Origin: Felis catus
Taxonomy: Eukaryota
Reading direction: 5' to 3'
DNA: 64,000 bases
Assembly: GCF_018350175.1 (NCBI RefSeq)
Contig: NC_058368.1
Span: forward strand, 157,172,001-157,236,000
A program made the position numbers and the translations under genes. Below are positions 55,163-64,000 of this stretch, piece by piece. Under the pieces are notes generated by a model that saw nothing but the letters and a program-made list of their open reading frames with translations, ran no database searches and had not been told where the DNA came from. Position 1 is the first letter of the stretch. Each line of letters begins with the position of its first letter.

Positions 55163-55421
55163 GTAAGTACACTATTGTGTGCTCAAAAGTACAAGTTAAC
55201 ATTAGAAGCTGTATGTTATTGGTACTTGCCCAGGGTTTTTTTTATTATCACTTTTAAAGAAAAATTTAAAAATTGTTTACCTTAGTAAATCAAACTTGAC
55301 CAATAATTGGTTCACAAAAACCAAAGGGACAATTTTACAGAAATAAATAAGTATTAAAACTCAGGAAGCTACTTCTGAGTTGAACACATTTGCATATAAT
55401 TTATCTATAAAAAGAGAAACT

Positions 55422-55634
55422 AGGGGCATCTGGGTGGCTCAGGAGGCTAAGCGTCTGACTTCTGCTCAGGTCAAGATCTTGCGGTGCATGAGTTTGAGCC
55501 CCAGTCAGGCCCTGTGCTGACAGCTGGGAGCCTGGAGCTTGCTTCAGATTCTGTGTCTCCCTCTTTCTCTCTACCCCTCCCCCACTCATGCTCTGTCTCT
55601 GTCTCTGTCTCTCTCAAAAATAAAAATAAACATT

Positions 55635-55670
<36 letters not shown>
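55422..55670 (+). mobile_element. SINEC with a (GA)n expansion at its tail
   Basis: TSD agagaaacta; (GA)n at 55639-55670. Confidence 0.88.
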
Positions 55671-55674
<4 letters not shown>

Positions 55675-55697
55675 TAAAAGATACTCTCTTAAGATTG

Positions 55698-56774
55698 CAG
55701 GCAGTCCTCACCTGCCACAGGTCAGGGTGGTAAAAGTGACCATGCAAGCTGAAACTGTACAAAGAGATCTCAATAATCAACTGAGAAAATGACTATTTTT
55801 CTAGGACTCCTAAATACATTTGTCAAAACATTAAACCTCTCTTCTTGGTTATAAATATATAGGGAAATGAAAAAAAAAATAGTAACACTAATGTTTAATG
55901 CACTAATGTTTAATAACTAAAAACACTAGAAACTGAGAATTAAAGTATTTTGTGTCTTTGTAAAAAAAAAACAAATCAGGAGTTTGAACAGTGCTTGCCT
56001 GCTCGTTGTATAACAAGACATGGAGCAAGCAGCTCTACGTCTTGGCAGATTGTCATATTCCTTTCTAAACATGGATCACCTTCCAACATTTTACCCTTTG
56101 CACTTTCAATGTCATGATAAATTTCTGAGAGTTCCTTTAAGGTACAGATTTTTGCTAGTGTCACTTTCCCTAGGACACGCTCATCCTTTTTTGCAACGGC
56201 CTTCCTCCTTTATATCCACCGGTGTGTCTTCGCCAAGCTCCTCTGGCTGCACAGCTAGAGTGTATCAAATGGCAGCAGTGTCAGCATTCTCAGATTGGCT
56301 ACTTTTTCTATAACTCTAATTAATGTTTGATTCAAATTTCACGTCTAGTGTTACCACTTTTTCATTTTTTTTTTTTTACTCTACATTTATCTCTTTTGGT
56401 AAGTCCCCTCTTTTGATTATCCATTTTTGCAAAACGTCACGTGGATTTATCGCTGGGAGGCAAGGAGGCAGCACAAGGATACACTTTGCTGAGGGTACAT
56501 AACTGAAGAAAAGATGTGCAGTGACCAATCACTGACAGACGCTTTTAAAAATGACCTGATTAGTCACTGATTTGATACACATCTGTAATTTACATAGTGA
56601 TTTGTAGACTAAAGAGCTAGCAGTATTTGTGAAATTTTGCGCTTTATGCAGTATAATTACAGTTAATGTACTTTGGTAACTAAAATTTGAACTGTGTGTT
56701 GAGGGACTGGTATTCCTTAAACTGTGGTAACTGAAATCCATACACATCTGGACCATGCAAATGAGGACTACCTG
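55698..56774 (-). mobile_element. Internally deleted TcMar-Tigger DNA transposon
   Basis: Imperfect TIRs caggcagtcctcacctgc / gcaaatgaggactacctg; minus-strand remnant TLKELSEIYHDIESAKGKMLEGDPCLERNM resembles a Tigger transposase C-terminus. Confidence 0.75.
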
Positions 56775-56818
56775 TGTTATGAAACGTGTCAAGTTAAATT
56801 TAAGTTCGTACCTAATCA

Positions 56819-57155
56819 GGGGGTACCTGGGTGGCTTAGTCAGTTAAGAGTCTGACTCTTAATTTTGGCATAGGTCATGATCCCAGGCTCATAGGATGGA
56901 GCCTCATGTCAGGCTTTGCACTGAGCATGGAGCCTGCTTAAGATTCTGTCTGTCCCTCTGCCCCTCCTGGCTCTCACTCTCTAAAATTAAAAAACAAAAA
57001 CAAAATCTCTAATCAAAAATGCTAGGGGCACCTGCCTGGCTCAGTCAGTAGAGCATGTGACTCTTGATTTTGGTATTGTAAGTTCAAGTCCCACATTGGG
57101 TGTAGAGATTACTTAAAACTAAAATCTTTAAAAAAAAAAAAAAAAAAAAAAAAAG
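56819..57155 (+). mobile_element. SINEC plus a short tRNA-like SINEC
   Basis: Two heads (56819 and 57025), each with an A-tail. Confidence 0.85.
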
Positions 57156-57844
57156 GAATGTTTAGTGAACCCTGTTTCAAAGGAAACAATGTAAAATTTT
57201 TAGATACTTTATGTCTTCTGAAAAACCTGTATCTAGCTCTATCTTGAAAATTTTGTCTAGAATTAGTACTAGCCTAATGAACTGAATCAAATAACTTTTA
57301 AGTAAATTGCAAGTAGAAATTTGAGATTTTTTAGTTATATGACTAAAAAAAGAAATGTATGACTTAGGTCTATCTTTTCACCAAAACTGTAAGCATTTAT
57401 ATGTATTAAAAAGTTGTATTTGTTTTTAGCAAACATTTGGCTGTCTCACTCGATATTTGCATTTTTCTAGTGAACTGCTGGGAAAATGATCTAGATTCTC
57501 AGGTTGCTGATTCTGGAATTTTGAGTTGATCACACACTATGTTAAAAAGCTTGAATACTTTTTCTGGACTAGAATAATGCCTAATATAGCTCATGTTTAT
57601 TATTGTCATGTATAATTATAAAATAATTTTTATAACTGTCTCACTATATATGCAAGTATCAGTATACACCTTTTGTTGTTACTATGAATATTAACACTTT
57701 GTTCCTAATTATGTATTTGATTTACTTTTACATAACTCATAATTATTCTCTTCTACTATCCTAAGTAATTAAGTCAGTCTAGTTCACCATACATACTTGT
57801 TGGAGGAGAAGAATATTACTACCTTGTTTTTCTCTCCTTTTTAG

Positions 57845-58016
57845 GTATCTTATGATGCCATCAAAATCCCCAAGTGGTTACCTCTGTCTGAAATGCACCC
57901 TGTAGATTATTACTCTTCTTATACAAAAAACTGCACTGGAAAGTTTACAGAAAAAGAAATTAAGAATATTAGGGCCTTTTATTATGCTATGTGTGCCGAG
58001 ACAGATGCCATGCTTG
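57845..58016 (+). CDS. ARSK: ARSK coding exon 5: VSYDAIKIPKWLPLSEMHPVDYYSSYTKNCTGKFTEKEIKNIRAFYYAMCAETDAML(G)
   Basis: 172 nt; ctttttag acceptor; TTG|GTAGGT donor; sulfatase YYA....D..LG motif. Confidence 0.97.
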
Positions 58017-59242
58017 GTAGGTGGTATATTTAATAAGCAATTAAATGAAGAAAATGTATAATATTTTTCCAATAAACTGTGATCATGCTGGTTGGTGACT
58101 TGTATGAACTTCCTCAGATAGTGTTTTATAACAGTTGCTTAGATGCTAAAAACTTAAAATTATAAAAATCTTGACACATTAAAAATTGGATAATGTGCAT
58201 TATTAATTGTGGAATAAAAAGCCTTTTCTATCTTGATTATTCATAAATTAAGAAATGCTCAGATTTGTTCATAAAGATAGGAGCATACAAGGCTAGTATC
58301 TGCTTGAAACAAAACTTTTTACCTGCTTTAAACAGGAATCAGTGTTTAACCAAACAGAGGGACCCATGTGACAGGTAATTGTAAGACAGCTTAGGTTCTA
58401 AGTGGCCCTAAGTGTTTAGTCACAGATTCTTGTGACTTCTCCCAAGCTTGTAATAACTTTGAGACAAAACCATTCTTCCCAGGCCCTTTAGAGCAAGGTT
58501 TAACTAAACCTGACATCAGTTTCCCATCAGTGTATTCTGGTCCAGAATCATATGGAGTTTCCTTCCCTAGCTTATCTCAAGACCCTCCCTGGTTCCATAA
58601 GATGCCTATCAAGAAAGTGTTTTGTCTACTCATTTGTAGAGTTACTTGATGGCCATTTCTAATTTAGATTGGAGAACCCTTGGTTTAAAAAGAAATTATT
58701 TTTCTAACAAGTTATTTTTCATATTTTGCTATACTGTGGAGTGGAGCAGAATTGCTTTAGTGAAATGCGGGAAGCACCTCTTCTGTACAAAGTATACTTT
58801 GAGAGTGAAGGAGTGGCTGTTTCTTAAAAAGCATTCATTGGGCAAAAATAGAAAAGTATAAAACAGAAAGCAAAAAAGATATGGGTAAATTATTTATATA
58901 TAGTGAGTATAATATGATTTAAAAGTCCTAAGGATCTTCCAAGTACTCAATCTTAAATGTAAATGAGATTTTAAGTAAATTTCTTTCATCCTCACATTTT
59001 CTGATGTTTGTGAATATTGACCCATTTGCACCCTGGAAATTGCTTCTTAAAGTTTGCAGCTATCCATTCATCTGTATCTACTAAGGTGAAATACTTTATA
59101 TATATAATGTCGCTGCAGGGAGTGTGGGAATACCTCTTGAAGTCTCTTCAGAGAAAAAAAATGCAGCAGCAGCTCACTTCTAGTTACAAAGTTTATGGAA
59201 TATGGTGTATCTTGTTAAATCCACAAAAAACACTAAGCTCTT

Positions 59243-59752
59243 GGGACACCTGGGTGGCTCAGTCAGTTAAGCCACTGACTCCTGATTTCGGTTCAGGTCA
59301 TTATCTCACAGTTTGTGAGTTCCAGCCCTGTGTCAGGCCCTGCCCTGACAGCTCAGAGCCTACTTGAGATTCTCTCTCTTCTTCTCTCTCTGCCCCTCCC
59401 CCACATGTGCTCATGCTTTCTCTCTCAAAATAAATAAATAAACTTAAAACAAAAAACACTAAGCTCTTTTTCCACCTCAGGGCCTTTATATTTGCTTTTC
59501 ACCTCTGCCTGGAATACTTTTCCATTTGTTTTTTAAAAAAAAAATTTTTTTAATGTTTATTTATTTTTGAGACAGAGAGACAGAACATGAGCAGGGGAGG
59601 GGGCAGAGAGAGAGGAGACACAGAATCCAAAGCAGGCTCCAGGTGCTGAGCTGTCAGCACAGAGCCCAATGTGGGGCTCAAATTCATGAACCTCAAGATC
59701 ATGACCTAAGCCGAAGTTGGACGCTTAACCGACTGAGCCACCCAGGTGCCCC
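59243..59752. mobile_element. Tail-to-tail inverted SINEC pair (59243-59455 plus, 59530-59752 minus) within an L2 remnant
   Basis: TSDs aaaaaacactaagctct and tccatttgttttt. Confidence 0.88.
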
Positions 59753-60756
59753 TCCATTTGTTTTTTACATGGCTGGCTATTCTCAGTCTTAAGTTCTCAG
59801 CTCAAGTATCACCTCCTCAGGGATGTCTTCCCCACCACCATAAGTTAGTATACCAGCCCCACCATCCTGCTTACTCTATACCTTATCATCCTGATTGTTT
59901 ATATAATCTTTAATTATTAAGTTTATTTACTTGATTACATCTGCTTCCCTTGAACAATGAGAGCCTCATGAGAGCCGTGACTTCAGTCTTATTCAGAATT
60001 GCAACATCCATGCCTAGCTTTGTATCCATGATGCCTGGCACATAGTAAGAACTCAGGAAACATTTACTGAATGAGGATAAACATCATTTACAACCTGTTG
60101 TTGTAACTACAGTTGTATACAAGTTGTTGGGGCCTTGGAGGAGAGCAATTCAGTCTACCTGGAGAAGCAGGGAATGTTTCACCTGGAAGACAATACTTGA
60201 ATTAGGTCATAAAAGAAGAATGGGAATCTGCCAAGTAGCTAGCAGGAGAAAAGGCATTCAACACAGATGAAGGCAGAGTGTGTGCAAGAAAGTCTTAACT
60301 AATTATTATTAGTTCAGGGAATTCTAAGTAATTTAGGACTATAAAAGGTAAAGGCTTAGGGGTAGCTGAAGGTGCTGAGCTTGCTCGGGAATTACACAAT
60401 GGAAAGTTTTGAAAAAGTTTTAAGGTGAGGTGTGACATGATCAGATATTTTAGAAAGATAGCCACCAGAGTGGTACAAGGTGTGTGTGTGTGGGGGGGGG
60501 GGGGGGGATGGGGGCAAAGGAGACCAGTTAGGAAGCCATTACAGTTGTCCAGTTGAAAGATCCTGATGGTCTGTATTCGGTAAATAACTCCATAGAGCAG
60601 TGGGTCTCAGTTCTGACTGGACTTCAAAATCACCTGTGGATTTTGTTTTTAATAATACAGACCCCTGTAGGCCAGATTCAGGAACTGTCAAAAGCAGGAG
60701 GATTCCTCCCTGGACTATGCCTTACTGCAATTCTCTTAATTACAATGAAGAGGAGA

Positions 60757-60863
60757 GGGGGCACCTGGGTGGCTCAGTCGGTTAAGCATCTGACTTTGGT
60801 TCCAGGTCATGATTTCATGGTTCGTTGAGTTTGAGTCCCACATCCGGTGAGCTTGAGCCCTGC

Positions 60864-60897
<34 letters not shown>

Positions 60898-60945
60898 CTT
60901 TCTCTTTTTCTCTTTCTCCCCCTCCCTTCCTCTGCCCCTTGTGGG

Positions 60946-61004
<59 letters not shown>

Positions 61005-61008
61005 AAAC
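60757..61008 (+). mobile_element. SINEC with expanded (CT)n tracts
   Basis: ggggcacctgggtggctcagtcggttaag head; long CT repeats. Confidence 0.85.
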
Positions 61009-61538
61009 AGTGATCTAATGATTAAGAGGACACTAATAGACAGGGACTAGTCACAGGAATTTTACTGTCCAGTTATTCCCTATCCAAGAATATGCTAAGT
61101 CTGACCTGCAAATTGAGGATTTCGAGAAAGGGTAGCAGGGAGGAGTTCTGATTTCCCACTGGGCAGAAATTGTGGAGTGGCGGTAATATCAGTCCTTTCA
61201 TTGTCTGAGACATGTGCGGTGCTGACATCTAGAGTTGTTTCTCTTTTTTCATTCAAGTCACTAAGGGGGAAAAAAATTGCCCAATCTCTGACAGAAACAT
61301 AGAAAGCAAGCCAGCATAATCTCCAGATAAAGAATCTTATTCTATTGGTTCTATATTTTCTCCTTCCTCTCTCTAGTCTGTCAGCTGAGGAGCAGGAACA
61401 TGAAACTTGGCATAACTTACTAGATGACACTCAGATGTTAAGAATTATCCTAACAAACTCCTGCAAGTTAGGGTTGTTATAAACTTCCTGTGATAAGACA
61501 CAAACTAAAAGCTAACTAAGACTTGATTTGTATTGTAG

Positions 61539-61763
61539 GAGAAATTATTTTAGCTCTTCACCAGTTAGACCTTCTTCAGAAAACTATTGTCATATACACC
61601 TCAGACCACGGAGAACTGGCCATGGAACATCGTCAGTTTTATAAAATGAGTATGTATGAAGCTAGTGCTCATGTTCCACTGTTGATAATGGGACCAAGAA
61701 TTAAGGCCAACCTACAAGTATCAAATGTGGTTTCTCTTGTGGATATTTACCCTACTATGCTTG
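61539..61763 (+). CDS. ARSK: ARSK coding exon 6: (G)EIILALHQLDLLQKTIVIYTSDHGELAMEHRQFYKMSMYEASAHVPLLIMGPRIKANLQVSNVVSLVDIYPTML; the gene continues beyond the window
   Basis: 225 nt; ttgtag acceptor; TTG|GTAAGT donor; metal-binding TSDHG, K..MYE...VPL and DIYPT sulfatase motifs. Confidence 0.97.
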
Positions 61764-64000
61764 GTAAGTAACACAATTCTGTAAATATTTATTTGTAATG
61801 ATATTGGAAAATGATTAAGCAAAAATACAGGCTTTGCTGACTTGTTCATAACCTTGAGCAATTTTAAGTGAGTCAAATCCACATCTAAAAAATGAGGATA
61901 ATACTCCTCAGGATCCTGTAACCTTCATACTCTACAGTTATTTTTCCCTTCAAAAGATTCACAATCAGGACATGACTATACAGTAGGCACCAAAGATATT
62001 CAGGTTCATAACTTTATAGATATGATTTGTGTATCATTTGATTCTCTACCACTACCTCTCAAAAGTATAAGCATTTCCCTTCTGGATTATTCCATCCACT
62101 TTGAAACTACTAATTTTGTACAGTATTATAGAAAAGTCTCTTAACTGTAATGTATGCACATATTGCTCCTCAGAATCTTTAGATTGTTCTGTGCTATGTG
62201 CTTTACTAGCTTCTTAATGTCTATACGCATAATGATAGGTCAAGAACAGCAACATTTGGATAGAGGTAGTTAACGGTTTTTGTGAAGATAACAGAACAAC
62301 ACCATCATCAAATTCAGAGGAAATTATATAGAACTGTTAATCTCTTCTAATTTAGCAGAGTACTTTAAATTAAATAACATTTAAATACTGAAATTCTTCT
62401 GTTCTAAGGCACCATCAATTGCAAAAAGTACCATCTATTTATAAATAGGTTTTGGTGAAAGAAAAAGATAACACAACATATGTTTAATATGTATATATCA
62501 AAATGTGAAAGAAACATATATCTGAAAAGCAAAGACAGAAGAAAAGTTCTTTTTTTCTCCTTCCTTCTGGTACAGAGTATTTCCCTTCATTTAAGTAAAC
62601 GCGACTCCAGGGTCTTAAATTTCTTTACAGTTGTTTTCATCGTTTTCTTTTCTCTTTTATTTCACATCACTTCTTGTATCTGAACACACTTCTTTGTTGT
62701 CCTTTTGTCTGGTGATATTTTTAATCTCTTCAGTTTCTTAGTTGTCATTTGCTGGCTCCCCTTTATCCCAAAGCAATTATCACACTTAGTCATATCTCTG
62801 CCACTTTCTTGCTCTATCAGTTTTCAGGCAACCCTTATTACTTGCTCATTTCTGTTTTGATAAGAAATGTATGTATGATTATGTATATTTGTGTCTGTCT
62901 TTTTATCATCTTTATAGTTTTGTGAATATGTGCTTCTTGATGGTGACATCTTTATAGTTTCCTCCTCTAGTTTTCTCTCCTGCAGAGGTCTCCCCACCCC
63001 ACTTCCAAATTTGCCTTCTCTGTTTTCTTGAAGTACAGTGATCAAAAGTCCAAATGATTATGAAAGGTTGGGATGATTCGTTATCAGTGTTCCCTCAATA
63101 TGTTTCATAGTGATATTTGACATTTTGTTTGTCTTTTGGACTCTAGCAGTTCAATAGACCATTATGCATAGGAAACTATCTGCAGTGAGTCTTAATCTAT
63201 GCTTAGTCACTCTATCATCCAATATATTAGTTGGTTAATATGCTTTGCTTAATTCAATTTTCTTTAAACATTCTTTTACATTTGCCTACAGCACAAATTT
63301 TCTACTTTATAATTTTGATACACCATTATTACTACCTGCCATTTCATGCATCATAGAAGTTAAAAGTCATCTGCAAGATTTCACAATGTATTTACCTAAC
63401 AGATTATATAAGAAAACACTAAATAAAGTTGGTTAGAATGAGGGAATTTATTACCCACTTAGAGGAACACCTGCCTATCCCTGGCTACTTTGTATTGCAT
63501 GACAATAAGCATTTCCAAAACCAAACATTCCCGGAAACTCCTTGCATTCATTCCTTCCCTACTCTTCTGGAAATTATGTAAGTTCTCTCTGATTGCAAGC
63601 TTTTTCCCTACTATTTGTCAGTTAGTACAGATTTTTAAAACTTACAGTTCTGTGTAGATTTTTACTTATTTTTATCTTTTACTGATTCTTTGTGATGGAC
63701 TCCTTCTGAATCACATTGCCCTACAGAATATATTTTATTAACGGCGTTTAGATCATGTGTTGATTAGACCTGCCCAACTAGAGTAAAGGAAGTGAAGGCA
63801 AAAATCAGTGTCTAATTCTAAAGTGGAAATTAACATCTTAAGGCTTAGCACAGTTTATAATATGTGTCATTACAAATATTTTTATTATCAAAAGGGAAAA
63901 GTTACATTTATGTGGTTGAGACAGGAAGGAGAATATCTGTGTATGTGTCTTTTTATATAAAACACTGAAACATCCTACGGACTGGATGTTAGCCAGAGAT

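Overview
This is mammalian genomic DNA, almost certainly from a felid, judging by the dense carnivore tRNA-derived SINEC elements including young cat-type copies. It holds two head-to-head genes that share a CpG-rich bidirectional promoter at about 26.1-27.0 kb. On the minus strand is SKIC3 (TTC37, TPR subunit of the SKI complex), with candidate 5'UTR exons and the first 8 coding exons (about 297 codons); the gene continues past the left edge. On the plus strand is ARSK (lysosomal arylsulfatase K), with coding exons 1-6 (about 369 codons, CCPSR active-site motif); it continues past the right edge. The introns contain a processed RPS15A pseudogene, three degenerate L1 segments, about 40 SINEC copies, ERVL/MaLR LTRs, Tigger and hAT fossils, MIR/L2 remnants and microsatellites. 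I found no evidence of a wholly new gene system. The best leads are regulatory or evolutionary: (1) tandem splice donors that would switch a SKIC3 5' exon between a uORF and an 18-aa N-terminal extension, (2) a GC-AG intron, (3) a CLEAR-like E-box with NRF1 and ZNF143 motifs in the shared promoter, and (4) an apparent orphan retrocopy with a perfect 18-bp TSD. Repeat family names come from recognition rather than a database search, and repeat boundaries are approximate.
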